Source: Lingula anatina (lineage: Eukaryota; Animalia; Brachiopoda). From it: a stretch of 64,000 bases of DNA. The notes beneath the pieces were generated by a model. That model was not told the origin of the DNA, did no database searches, and worked only from the letters and a program-made list of their open reading frames with translations. Positions 1 to 12,419 of the stretch are shown piece by piece (within the stretch, counting starts at the first letter, position 1; each line of letters starts with the position of its first letter). Location of the stretch: NCBI GenBank assembly GCA_051362555.1, contig CM120649.1, positions 16,940,567-17,004,566 of the forward strand, given 5' to 3'. The translations under genes and the position numbers were made by a program.

Positions 1-433
1 ATTTTTACCTCTTATATAGCCTGCGGTGAGGAAGACAAAACGGTTTACTACTTTAATTCGAGTTCAAGATGGCAGTCGTCTATTAGATTCTTTAATGACA
101 CACGTAATTTCTGCTTGCTTTGACTGGTTGCTTGATGTTTGTTGATATTAGCAAAAATGCATGTAGGTTATTATACATAGATAGAAGCCGGATTGACCAT
201 GTGCACATTGAATGCGTAAAGGTTTATAACTTAAAATTTGAAAATAGATGGCAGGCGAACAGGAAGATTTCCTTTGGCGGCAATTTTATCTTTATTGATT
301 TTTCTTAATTCATTTTGCTCATGGGCAAATCGTCGTAAGTGTTCAGCATTTCTGGTATTGCACGACCTTAGTGGGCAGTTAAAGGTCCAATATGACAAAT
401 CCCTTCGCAGATTCAGACAGCGTTGTATTCAGT

Positions 434-630
434 CAGGCCTGTAGCCGGGGGGGGGGGGGGGGGGGGGGGGGGAGGGGGGGGGGGGTTCGGAGGGTTCAAA
501 AGAACCGCCCTTTTGCTGTGAAAAGGTCCACTCTGGGTAAAATTTGATCTAGGTAAATTAAGTTTTTATGGAAAAAGGTCCACTTTTTCAGAAAAAGAAC
601 CCCCTTTTGAAATTGCTAGCTACGGGCCTG
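434..630. mobile_element. MITE (CAGGCC-GTAGC termini, 5-bp TSD)
   Basis: Inverted termini CAGGCCTGTAGC / GCTACGGGCCTG; TSD TCAGT at 429-433 and 631-635. The paralogous site in copy 2 (about 7060) is empty. Confidence 0.8.
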
Positions 631-725
631 TCAGTGTACATTATGAGGGCAGGTTGGCAATAGTGAGCGGGTTTGAATAAATCCTAAAATGTCAACAGTA
701 AACCTTACCCACTGCGAGCATATTC

Positions 726-761
<36 letters not shown>

Positions 762-797
762 ATTAATTGTTCTTGTCTTTCAGAAAAAAAAAACGCC

Positions 798-3306
798 ATG
801 ATGACGAAGTTTCTGGCAAGCCTTTTAGTGCTTGGCCTTATGGGGCTGACTGCCGTGATTGGACAAGAAGAACGATTCCCCTCAAATCCAGACGGCGCTA
901 TATTCCGAACAACTCTCGAGGGCGGAACGTCGGTAGTGACCGGGTATTCAACAAACCAAGCCACATCACCGGATGGCAAATCCTACCCAGCGTGAGTGTA
1001 TTCACATCTGGGTCTTCTTTGATTGGAGAGCACGCGGTGTGCTGAGCCTTTATATTAACTGACGTTTTTTGTATTTTCTTTCTGTCTTTATTCCTTCTTT
1101 TTGTATTGTTACTTTTTTGCTTCCTTTCTCTTTATACCTTTTTTATTCCATTGTTATTTATCATTACCATTATCCGTACTAGTCTTTCTCAAAACATTAC
1201 TCATCGTTTAATAACATCATCAAGATATTTTTATTGTAACATAGGCCTACTGTTCTATTTCAATTTGTTTTCTGGCATTTTATTCTGTGATCTATTTTAA
1301 AATGCACGTGCACATTTTATTTCAAAAGGGTGGTCAGGGAGCATAGCGAATTCCCCACAAGAGCACCATTGGGTGGTGAGGACTCTCATCCACAGGACGG
1401 CGTCTCTGAGAATACAGGACAGGTTAACCCGAGGGCCAAGCGACAGGCCAGGTACACAAACTCAAGACATACATTATTTTCGTCTTTTCCTGCTTATGGC
1501 AGCTCTGGTTTGAGTAAGGGTGGGGTTGGGGAAGCTCTTCAAAACCTCCTGCTTAACTTCACAGGTACATTGTACGCCCCCCCCCCCCTCCCACCCCTCC
1601 AAAAACAGTTTAATCAAATTAGGGAAGCGAGATAAAAATTAAGTATGTTTGACCTACATACATGTATTTAAGTAAAATTGGTCTCGTCTACAATAGTATA
1701 TTATCACCTTTAGCAACGCCCGTCAGAAAAAACCTGGATCCGCCAGTGGATTGATAAATTAACAGCTGAAAAGATCAGCAGTTATAAAACTTGTATAAGT
1801 AGAAAATAATTGCAGAAATCTTGACATGTTTTCCAGCGATCTTGATGCTTTCTTAGCAAAGGTGATGTATTTTAATATTTTCATATTCATTTATCTATCT
1901 AATCATTTTATTTAATGTTCCGTTTTAGTCAAAATTATATATATATATGCCTCTATTTAGATAGCATTTACACAGCTTTGGTACGATTAGTTTGCCAAAA
2001 GTAAGAAAATGTTCGAATTTATTTCATCTGTAGATTAGTTCAAAACACAGCATCTTTTAAATATATACTTATTAACTAGTAATCATTTCATGTTTATTTG
2101 TCCATTCTAGTCTCTTCAGTCCTTGCCGGATGGTGCTCTACTGGGTCAGACCGTGGTGGGTGTACTGGGGAAATATTTGGTGGCCTGTCATGAACTCCCC
2201 CTGGTGGGGATGGCACTGGTATCACTGGTGGTATTGTCTGTAAGTTTTAATTATATTATCTAAATTCATATCGTACGTTAGAAATTAATGATACAGTATA
2301 GGTATTGAATTGTCTCGTGCCTACTTTCATTTTCTATATCTTTCTCCAGTGTTAATTGCTCTTCTTCGCAAATTTAAAATACTATAGAAGAATTGACTAT
2401 AGGGTCTTTTGAGGGATTTTAAAAATCTGCACTTAGACCAATATTTTATTGGTTATGGAAGGTTCAAGAGGGACAGTTTGGTGAGAGAATGTTGTCCTAA
2501 AATTTACACCTTTAGAAACTTGAACACATTTTGTTAAGTATAAGTGCGGTGTCCTTCATTTCCATTGATAGCACGGTGTGTCTAGGACCCCATTTCCAGA
2601 GATTAGATCGATCTACTTTAGATCGACCTACCTCCCTGGGGGTTCACGCTAAATTAGCTGTTAGCCGAGCGAACACGAAAGTTAATTACCCCCTTACAGC
2701 TGGTAGTAGGCGGGACGGACATTTAAGCCGGATTATCTGACAGTAATCTAGTGAGACTCCCCGCGGTGATAGATCGATCAAAAAGCTCTGGGAATACAGC
2801 CTAGGTGAAGTGCTGATTTGTAGCCTCATCTTTTTTCATACCCAAGACTACGAGCATTAAAAAATCCACAAGGGCAATAAAGTCATTTTTTTCAATGCAA
2901 ATATGAATTGCCACAGTTGCCTTCTTGATTTGGGATGGCCAAACAATAAATGAATAAAACAGGATATTGTAAGCTTTATGTACATATAATGTGCTTTCAG
3001 TGTTTCAATTGATTTCAACTTAGAACTATAAAATGATATTTTATTATGTGTATCAGATTCAGTCACTATAAGTGGGAAACTGTGAACAACATTTGGTTAT
3101 TTTATTTATTTATTTTTTTTTTCAGACCAAGTCTATGCAGAGCCGGCATTTATGACGGAAAGACTTTAAGATATCTGTGCTCGCGTTGTAGAACGGAGTG
3201 GGGCTGGATTCGTGTACCGATATGGTATTACTGGAGCCCACGTTGGATTTGGATCCGCGCACCTGTCGGGTGTTGCTGCGACATTAGGAACCAGTGGTGG
3301 TGCTGA
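798..3306 (+). CDS. Secreted Trp-rich cystine-knot (Spaetzle/neurotrophin-like) precursor, copy 1 (208 aa)
   Basis: Coding exons 798-991, 1329-1451, 2111-2239, 3126-3306; all introns GT-AG and phase 2; total 627 nt. Signal peptide MMTKFLASLLVLGLMGLTAVIG, acidic pro-region ending RAKR, then QASLFSPCRMVLYWVRPWWVYWGNIWWPVMNSPWWGWHWYHWWYCLPSLCRAGIYDGKTLRYLCSRCRTEWGWIRVPIWYYWSPRWIWIRAPVGCCCDIRNQWWC. Many differences between paralogs are synonymous in this frame. AATAAA at 3647-3652. Family assignment is by motif spacing only. Confidence 0.85.
2586..2801. mobile_element. MITE with 3-bp TSD (PIF/Harbinger-like)
   Basis: Imperfect TIRs GACCCCATTTCCAGAG / CTCTGGGAATACAGCC; TSD TAG. Empty site in copy 2 (about 8980). 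A second family member lies at 39571-39795. Confidence 0.75.
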
Positions 3307-3578
3307 GGCACAGGCCACGTGACGTCACGTCGTCCGATCGTCCTCAATATCAATACGTGAACGCTTGGTTGTATATTGCTTTGTAGCACTGAAGTACAAG
3401 TCAATAGACACTTTTGAAAGAACAATCGGTACGAATTCCTCATCTCATGTAATCTACCGCGTATCTTAGTCTGAAATTCAGAACAGGCTAAACTTGGACT
3501 TTTGACTTTTTGCATTTAAAGCAGATCGTTTGATATTTTTGTTTTTGACCCACTGGGCTTAAATACATAGTACTGTGC

Positions 3579-3618
<40 letters not shown>

Positions 3619-4336
3619 TACCAGTTTAGAAAGAGGCGATTAGACGAATAAAAAATCAAAAATAGATGGCTGTTATGTTGTTGGTTTCCGAATAAAACTA
3701 ACGATGACAAAGTACAATGGTTTCCCTTTGTGCAATAACTGTGCAAAACGCCACAAACTACATGATGCATACGTCACCTTCTACAAAGGTAGAATTTGAA
3801 AATACTTAAAAAATTTCTTCACATTTAAATGGGGGTGTCCTGAGAGGGGACAGAAGACACGAGCCCCGCATTTAGCTCTTTATAACTACCGAAACGATTA
3901 TCTTTTCAACGCCCTGACCCCCCTCATTTGACAAAACCCTGGATCCACAAATAAGCTTAATTATCAAATCAACAAATATTCGATCAGTTTAATTGTTTGG
4001 TTTTTTTTTAAATCGCTTATTTATTTCACTTCAAAAATGAGTTAGCTTAAATATAACGGTTGCTTTAAATTACCTAATTTGAAAGAACCGGAAAGGGTCC
4101 GTTTTCAATCAAAATTGATCATTTATCAAGTTGTGTCAATTCAGAGGGTGAAAAAGGTTTTGAAATTGCTTATTAAAGATCAGGACTCTTTTGATGCACC
4201 ATATTACTCTTATTTGTCTGACAGTTAAAGAAACTGAAAAAAAGAGATATATAGAGACACAATGTAGACGTTTCTGCCCTCGCAAACAAAGGGAATTTAT
4301 GTAGCCAAATGTTCACAAGCACAACGAAGCTTTTTC

Positions 4337-4372
<36 letters not shown>

Positions 4373-4632
4373 GCTCAAAAGTAAATAGGACTAAGGTCAA
4401 TGCGATTGAAAATTGTCATTTGTTAATGACGAAAAATATGATACAAAGTTAAAAAATGGGGGATAATCATACCTACCCATATTATATAATTGATAAAGTA
4501 AGTTAATGAGTGCAACCAAGGCGATATATGTGAAACACCGAAAGGTATTGGAGCAAACGTCGGCACAAGTGAAAAATAAAACCCCAAAAAATTTATTTGT
4601 TTATGACTAAAAACCAGAAAGTTTGAAATTAT

Positions 4633-5301
4633 CACCCTGAGCTTCAGAGATAACTTGCCACTAACCTCTTCACTATAGCCTATCTTCATCGTGTCAAGTT
4701 ACCTCTGACCACATTCGATTGCCTCCGCCGCCCGCCAATCAAATTTAAAGCCCGCACTCAATGACTTATTGAACGATCTAGCCAATGAACGCGAACGAGT
4801 CAAAGCGCGCTTTGTTCAAATCCGGACCAATCAAAGATAAGGCTGAATATCAGGGACTTGCCGTAACCTGTGGGCAGCACGCAAAATACATCATCCCTCA
4901 GTAGATAATGATGCAGGGCCTCAAACTGATCTGGTTTCAATTCCGATATACTCATATTTTGCAAAGAATCAAGAGATAACTTAACACATTAATTTACGTA
5001 GTCACTCGTAGGAGACGCCATGCTTTCTTTGTGTACGGTTATGCACTCGGAACTACTCGGATGTCTCCGCACTCGACAATAACTTTGTTGTTAGTATGGA
5101 GCTTGCGGAATCAGCCGAGGATTGCCGATTGACGGTCAACCAATCAGCGTTTTCACCAAACTTTGGTGAAAAATTTTGAAACATGGATTCGATTGGCTTA
5201 TATAAACTAGGTCAAACTATTTTCGTCAGAGGTAACTTGACACGATGAAGATAGGCTATAGTGAAGAGGTTAGTGGCAAGTTATCTCTGAAGCTCAGGGT
5301 G
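4633..5301. mobile_element. Non-autonomous DNA transposon with 77-bp perfect TIRs and 8-bp TSD
   Basis: 4633-4709 is the exact reverse complement of 5225-5301. TSD GAAATTAT at 4625-4632 and 5302-5309. No transposase ORF. Confidence 0.9.
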
Positions 5302-6249
5302 GAAATTATATGACGGTTTATGATTCGTAATTCTGTGAACGACTTTTGGATATAGTATTCCATCGATGATTTAAGGAAAAGTGTAGAAATTTTCGTGTCA
5401 GTTAGTTTTTTCATAGATCCCTTTATAATGGTCTAAGTTAACTTGCGTGCCTTTAATACAATACCGTCACGTTTTCATTTTGTAAATAAGACGCTGCGGA
5501 TCTTCCTTCGAGGCACGCACCACATTTAAAGACCATAAAATTAATTTTCAATTAGTGATTTCCACGTACAACAGCAAAAAACATCTATCATTTTTAAAAC
5601 GTGATTAAGACAAAGTCAAAGGAGCCAACGCTAATCCACCAAGGGAGATCTACAAGTACGGAATGCTTAATTTGCCTTGAATGCATTACTATATTGCCCA
5701 TCATATTGGATAGATTTCAACTTTTTTATTCTTAAAAAATAATATCTAATGAGAATAAGTAAACAGAAAGTTACGTGGGACGTCTCTGAAACACATGGAT
5801 GTCGAAGTAGAAGTTATGAAAAAACTTTTAATCCGTTTTTATAAATAATTCTCGTCGTCATTTTCACCCTATATATCCAAGCAAAACGTTTAATGAAATT
5901 TTGACTAGCTTCTCTGAAGATCTTAAAAATTGAGGCTTTGTTTTCAGTAACTGCCAGATACAGTGTTTGTCGTTTAATGCAAACAGTTGCAGATCTTGCA
6001 TATCAATTAAACCAGCAATTAATTTTTCTTTTTCAGGTTCACACATAAACATTATCTATCCATTTATTTATTTTCATTTCTTATTGTTCATCTATTTATT
6101 CATTCATTTTATTTTATTTTATTTTATTTCATTTTATTTTATTTTATTTTATTTTATTTTTTTTGGCAGACGAATCAAGGCCAAAACATATATAAATCAT
6201 GTTGTTTTTGCCATATCTCGTAATTGATCAATTAAGCGTCGCTAAATGA

Positions 6250-6381
6250 TGACTCATTTTAATTTACAATCGACACTTTTCTCTTTTATTTCCTTGACGA
6301 ATTGTATAAATACGACCCTTCCAAAATTCCAATAAAAGAATTTCTTCTGTGAGTTTGGAGTGCTGCGACTCATAAGCAAAG
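6250..6381 (+). promoter_or_regulatory. Promoter and non-coding exon 1 of copy 2 (AP-1-type site, TATA box)
   Basis: TGACTCA at 6250-6256, TATAAATA at 6305-6312, splice donor after 6381. The same arrangement and spacing precede copies 3 and 4. Confidence 0.65.
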
Positions 6382-6396
6382 GTATTGGTGTGTCAT

Positions 6397-6642
6397 TTTT
6401 ACCTCCGCCAAGGAGGTTATGTTTTCACCCCTGTCTGTCTGTCTGTTTGTTTGTTTGTCATCAACATAACTCAAAAAGTTATGGACCGATTTTGATGAAA
6501 TTTTCAGGATAGGTGGGAAATGGGTTAACTTAGAAGTGATTAGTTTTAGGTGGTGATCCGGATCAATTATCAATCAATAATCAATAATAATCAAAAATCG
6601 CTGCCACGGCGGAGGTCTGCGCTCTCGGAGTGCTTTTCTAGT
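6397..6642 (+). mobile_element. Non-autonomous Helentron/DINE-like element in intron 1 of copy 2
   Basis: Subterminal inverted repeats CCTCCGCC / GGCGGAGG, internal (CTGT)n(TTGT)n microsatellite, 3' hairpin GCGCTCTCGGAGTGC, ends CTAGT, inserted in a T run. Absent at the equivalent position of copy 1 (window start). Confidence 0.7.
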
Positions 6643-7196
6643 TTACTTCTTAAATAGTCTGGGGTGTATAATGCAAAATGGTTTAGTACTTTAATTGGAG
6701 TTCAAGATGGCCGTCGTCTGTTAGATTCTTTAATGACACACGTAATTTCTGCTTGTTTTGACTGGTTATTTGATGTTTGCTGATATTAGCAAAAAATGGA
6801 TGTAGGTTATTTTACATAGATAGAAGCGGGTTTGACCATATGCACACTTGAATGCGTAAAGGTTTATAACTTAAAAATTTAAAATAGATCGCAGTCGAAC
6901 ATGAACATTTCCTTTGGCGGCATTTTTATCTTTATTGATTTTTCTTAATTGATTTTGCTCATCGGCAAATCGTCGTTAGTCTCCAGCATGTCTGGTATTG
7001 CTGGAACTTAGTAAGGTCCAATATGACGAAGCCCCTTGCAAAATCAGACTACGTGGTATGCAGTGTACATTATGAGGGTAGATCGGCAATAGTGAGCGGG
7101 TTTTGAATAAATCCTAAGATGTCAACAATAAACCTTACCCACTGCGAGCAGATTCATTTTGTTTTATTAATTGTTCTTATCTTTCAGAAAAAAAAA

Positions 7197-9483
7197 ATGG
7201 GGAAGTTTCTGGCAAGCATTTTAGTGCTTGGCCTGTTGGGGCTGACGGCTGTGGTTGGACAAAAAGAAAATTTCCCCGCAAACCCAGACGGTGCTTTATT
7301 CAGAACAACTCTCGGCGGGTCGGCGGTAGTGACCGGGTTCTCAACAAACCAAGCCACGTCGCCGGATGGCAAACCCTACCCACCGTGAGTGTATTCACAT
7401 CTGGGTCTTCTTTGACTGGAAAGCACGCGGTGTGCGGATCCTCTATGTTAACCTGACGTTTTTTGTTTTTTGTTTTTACTTTCTTTCTGTCTTTCTTTAT
7501 TTCCTTCTTTGTGTATCGTTACTTTCTTGCTTCCTTTCTCCTTTCTCTTTTCTTAATTACATTGTTATTTCACATTACCATTATCCGTATTGGTCTTTCT
7601 CAAAATATTACTCATCGTTTAATAAATACATCAAGATATTTTCATTGTAACATATTCAATAATTTTTTCTGGTCTTTTTTCTGTGATCTATTGTAAAATG
7701 CACGTGCACGTTATTTCAAAAGGGAGGTCAAGCAGCATAGCCAATTCCCCACAAAACAACCATTGGGTGGTGAGGACTCTCATCCACAGGACGGCGTCTC
7801 TGAGATAGGAGGACAGGTCAAGATGAGGGGGAAGCGGCAGATCAGGTACTCAAACTCGTGACATAATTTCATCGTTTTCCTGCTTATGGCAGCTCTGGAT
7901 TGAGTAAGGGTGGGGGTGGGGAGCTCTTCCAAACCTCCCGCTTAGCTTTAGAGGTACGTTGTACCCCCCCCCCCCCAAAAAAAAAAAAAAAAAAAGAAAA
8001 AAACGGCATAATATAGCAAGGGAAACAAAATAAAAACCACGTATTGTTTATCCCTGTGATTGTTGTAAAATTGGTTTCTTCTCCTTTATTACCCCCCCCC
8101 CCTTCAGCAACCTCTTTCAGCAACAATACCCTGGATCCCCTGAAAAAGATCAGCAGTGAGTTAACTTGTAGAGCCTGATAAAAAATTACAGAAATCTTGA
8201 TAAGTTTCCCAGCTCTCTTTTGCCTTCTTTGCAAAGGCAGGTATTTTTTCTATTTTCCATTTTTGTTTAGCTACATTATTATTTTATTTTATTATATTTT
8301 TTAATACGATAATTTGCTTTTGAGTTAATTAATTACGATAAATAATTAAAATTAGGGCCCAGGCCCAAAAATAACCTAAAGTACCTTCGACAGATATTGC
8401 TCATATGCCAAAACTCAGAAAATGTTCAAATCAATTTCACCTGTAGTTTAGTTCAGCACTTTTTACATGTATACTTATTGGCTGGTAATTATTTCATACA
8501 TATTTCTCTATTCCAGTCAGATTGGTTTTTGCCGGGTGGTGCTTTACTGGGTCAGACCTTGGTGGGTTTACTGGGGAAATATTTGGTGGCCTGTCATGAA
8601 CTCACCCTGGTGGGGATGGCACTGGTATCACTGGTGGTACTGTCTGTAAGTTTTTATTGTATTATCTTAATTCCTATTGTACGAGTGTGAAATAAAGATA
8701 CAACATAGGTATTGAATTGTGTTGTGCCTTCTTTCATTCTCTATCTTCTTCTTCATAGTGAATTTTTTTCTGCTTGTTTGAAATACTATAGAAGTACTCC
8801 TATAAGATCCCACTGGGGATATTTGAAAGCCAAAGGACCAATAACATTCAAGAGAGGCAGTTTTGTTAGGGTAGTGCACATACTGCCAAATGTGGTCCTT
8901 AAATTGTACACGTAAACCTGAACACATTTTGTTAAGTAGAGATGCGGTGAATTTCATTTCCATTGATGACACGGCGTGTCTAGGTGAGGTGTTGATATGT
9001 AGCGTCATCTTTTTACATACGCAGGCACAAAGCCAAGACTACGAGCACTAAAGTACACAAGTGCAATTAAGTCATTTGTTTCAAATACAAATATTAATAA
9101 CTACAATATCATGCTTGATATGGGATAATCAAACGATAAATAAATAAAGCAGGATAAGCTTCATGCACGTGAAATGTCCTTTCAGTGTTTCAATTGATTT
9201 CAACTTAGAACTATAAAATGATATTTTATTATGTGTATCAGATTCAGTAACTAAAAGTGGGAAACTGTTAACGTCATTTGGTTATTTTTTTTCTTTTTCC
9301 AGACCAAGTCTATGCAAGGTCAGCATTGCTGACCCAGGGAATATAAGATATCTGTGCTCGCGTTGTAGAACGGAGTGGGGCTGGATTCGTGTACCGATAT
9401 GGTATTACTGGATTCCACGTTGGATTTGGATCCGCGCACCTGTCGGGTGTTGCTGCGACGTAAGGAATCAGTGGTGGTGCTAA
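7197..9483 (+). CDS. Secreted Trp-rich cystine-knot precursor, copy 2 (206 aa)
   Basis: Exons 7197-7384, 7723-7845, 8517-8645, 9303-9483, with the same 123/129/181-nt exon sizes and phases as copy 1. Cleavage site RGKR|QISQIGFC. Non-coding exon 1 ends at 6381 (AAAG|GTATTG). AATAAA at 9766-9771. Confidence 0.85.
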
Positions 9484-10720
9484 CGCACAGGCCACGTGAC
9501 GTCAAGTCGTCTGATCGTCTTCAAGAACAATAGGTGCTTGCTTAGTTATATACCGCTTTGAAGCACTGAATTACAAGCCAATATATATTTTTGACAGAAC
9601 AATCGGTACAAAATTCTCATCCCCTGTAATCTACCGCGTAACTTAGTCTGAAATTCAGAAAAGGCGACACTTGGACTTCTGTCAATTTGCATTTAAAGCA
9701 GACCATTTGTATTAGGCCCACTGAGCTTTCATCTGTATTACCAGTTTAGAAAGAGGCGATAGGCGAATAAAGAAATTAAAGATCAAAGGCTGTTATGTTG
9801 TTGGTTTTCAAATAAAGCTCACGGTGACTTAGACAGTACAATTGTTTTTCCTTTGTGCAATAACTGTGCAATACGCGCTACCAACTACACAATGTTGTTT
9901 TGTCTACAAAGATATTTAGACTTCATATTTAAATGGGGGGGGGGGGCTCAGAAGACCCGTGCCCAGTTCTCAGCTACGGAATCATCACTTCTCCCTCTTC
10001 AAAACCAGCAAAACGTGGTGTAAAAATTGATTCCCCCCCTCATTTGACAAAACCCTGGATCCACCAATAGAATTAATAATCAAATCAATCAGTTTAATTT
10101 TTTTTTTTAATTTTTTTTTTTTTAATTTTACGTCAGAAATGCTTTGCTTGAAATATAACGGTTACTTTAATTTTTTTTAATTTGAAAGAACCGGAAAGGA
10201 TCCGTTTTGAATCCAAATTTGATCTAGGTTCTATGCCTTTTGTCAAGTTGTGTCAATTCAGAGGGTGAAAAGGTTTTGAAATTGCTGATTAAAGATCGAC
10301 CCTTTTTTGATGCTCCATACTACTCGTATTTGTCTGACAGTTAAAGAAACCGAAAAAAAAAAGAAATAGACAGAGACACAATGTCGACATTTCTGCCCTC
10401 GCAAACAAAGGGAATTTATGTTGCCAAATATCCACAAGCACAACGCTCAAAAGTAAATTGGACTTAGGCGTATACATGTACGACCGAAAATTGTCATTTA
10501 TGAATTACGAAAAATATGATACACAGTTAAAAAACGGGGGATGAATATACAACCCCCATTCTATATAAATACCATAATATATAATTAATCAAGTATGTGA
10601 ATAAAGTAGAATAATGACCAACCAAGATTAATTAAGAAAGTATGTGAAATAACAAAAGCTATTGGAGCAAAATTTTGGCAAAAATGAAAAATAAAATCCC
10701 GAAAATTTACTTGTTAAATG

Positions 10721-11272
10721 GCTCACCGCCACCCTCGGCGACAGTCTAAATTATTTTCTTCGTCGCCTCAGCATGTCTGGAGTAATGATTCAGGTTTTAG
10801 AATCAAATAATTGAGAGAAATCATCAAAATCATCAACTACCAGGGTGTAGTTATATTCCTGGTTTACTAACAAGCAATAGTACATTACTGTGCTGTCAAA
10901 TGCTCTGAAATATTCATTCTCACAACTGCCACTTTTCTTTCTCCTAGTCCTACTGGGCCATTTTCTCCATTAACAATTTGATGATCAGTGAGAAGATTGA
11001 TCTACAATTTGAGCATATGCATACTGGGATGAATTGAAAAGTGCTGATTAGAGATACTAAAGTCTTGACAAGTTTTCTATATAAAATGCATATTTTAACC
11101 TTTCAATATCTTCTGTTCCTTTGGGAAGCTCCTTCAACACAAGCAGTGAACCTAGAAATCTTATAATTATAATTTTATATCCTTCTCATATTCAGAGACT
11201 TAAGCATAGAGCGGCACACATAGTTGCAATGTATATTTGCACCAAGCTAAACATGAAAGATCGATATAGATC

Positions 11273-11320
<48 letters not shown>

Positions 11321-11525
11321 TATCATTATTATTATTATTATAAAAATTTGATAAATTTGATAAATTATCCTCTGACAACATTGTCATGGTAACAAGTTGT
11401 CATGGCACATACCTGCACGGATGCACTAATGTCATTGGTGGTCCAGGCAGGTGAGGATGCGTCTCCATGGTAACAGTTTTTAGGCGTGAGCCTGACTGAA
11501 GTCCGGATACCTGATTCACTTTGAG
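10721..11525 (-). pseudogene. Degenerate duplicate fragment of ATG3 (exon 8, intron 8, start of exon 9)
   Basis: 10721-10777 aligns to 23407-23463 and 11413-11525 aligns to about 24899-25015. It still reads [20 protein letters not shown], but has indels and a TAA just upstream. Confidence 0.85.
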
Positions 11526-11541
11526 AAACTCACTGTCCTAT

Positions 11542-11736
11542 GATCCCACTCTACGGAGACTCAGATTAACGGATTAACACGCCCCCTATTGTTTCCAATA
11601 ACTTGTCAGTTTTCTCTATTTTCTACTCAATGCCAGGGGGAAGCGTGTTTATCTGTTAGTCTGATTACATTCAGCAAAAGTCCCCGTGGAGTTGGATCGA
11701 TCTCCGTAGAACGATATTTTCATTGGGAATGACCCC
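11542..11736. mobile_element. Degenerate MITE, related to 33452-33692
   Basis: Shares TTCTACTCAATGCCAGG..GAAG.GTGT and AGTCCCC..GAGT blocks and the TGGGAATG terminus with the copy at 33452-33692. Boundaries approximate. Confidence 0.55.
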
Positions 11737-12419
11737 GTAGACCCCAGCATAACGGTCTAATTTTAACTGCGTGACAATTTCCTCCTGTTTTCATTTTGTA
11801 AATAAGAAGCCAGGGATCTTCGTTTTAAGTACGCTCTTCATTTAAAAGCTATAAAATGAATATTCAGTAAGGGATTACAGCAGCAGCAAAACACTTTTAA
11901 AACGTGTTTTAAACAGCTAAACTGATTTTGCCAAAACCACCGAGGGAGATCTTCAAGTACCTCGCAGAATGCTTTAATTGCTTTGAATGCATTAATAAAT
12001 TACCATCGAATTGAATCGATTTAAATGCACTATAAAAAAAATCTTGAGAATAATAAACAGGAAGTGACGTGGGATATAACGATAGAACGGCTTTTGGTCG
12101 CTATTTCGATACTTAATGACCGACGTGAATTTCCTCCTTTCTATCCAATCAAAACGCTGAATGAAATTTTGATTGGCCTCTTTTTTCAGTAACCAACAGA
12201 TATGTTTTTTGATGCAGACAGTTTCAAAGAAGTTAAATGAAATTGACGCTTTCAGGTTCGATTTGAAAATTATTCTTTAGTTTTTTCATATTATTTATTT
12301 GTTTATTAATTCATGCGTTTTATTTTGTCTTTGACAGATGGATAAATGCCAAAACATTAATATATATCATGTTGTTTTTGCCAAATCTTTTGAATAACCA
12401 GTTGAGCGGCGCTGAATAA

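Noticed and set aside
447-485. Long G runs (also 23974-24005) and the poly-A at about 55739-55791 as G-quadruplex or retrocopy signals
   Set aside because: Homopolymers inside transposons or introns; lengths are unreliable in assemblies and no associated retrocopy is visible.
990-995. GCG-TGA / CCG-TGA at the end of the first coding exon as an antizyme-like +1 frameshift or selenocysteine site
   Set aside because: Any phase-2 GTGAGT donor produces an in-frame TGA. Splicing here joins in frame to a conserved downstream exon in all four copies, and no SECIS or stimulator is evident.
8397-8690. Alternative open frame over the Trp-rich exon (GALLGQTLVGLLGKYLVACHEL...), open in all copies including copy 4
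   Set aside because: Paralog differences fall mostly on third positions of the Trp frame (CTC/CTT, AGA/AGG, CCG/CCT, TCC/TCA, TAT/TAC) and are mostly non-synonymous in the alternative frame. Splice phases also fit only the Trp frame.
11272-11343. Poly-Ile ORF and (AAT)n/(ATT)n hairpin
   Set aside because: Simple microsatellites with no coding context.
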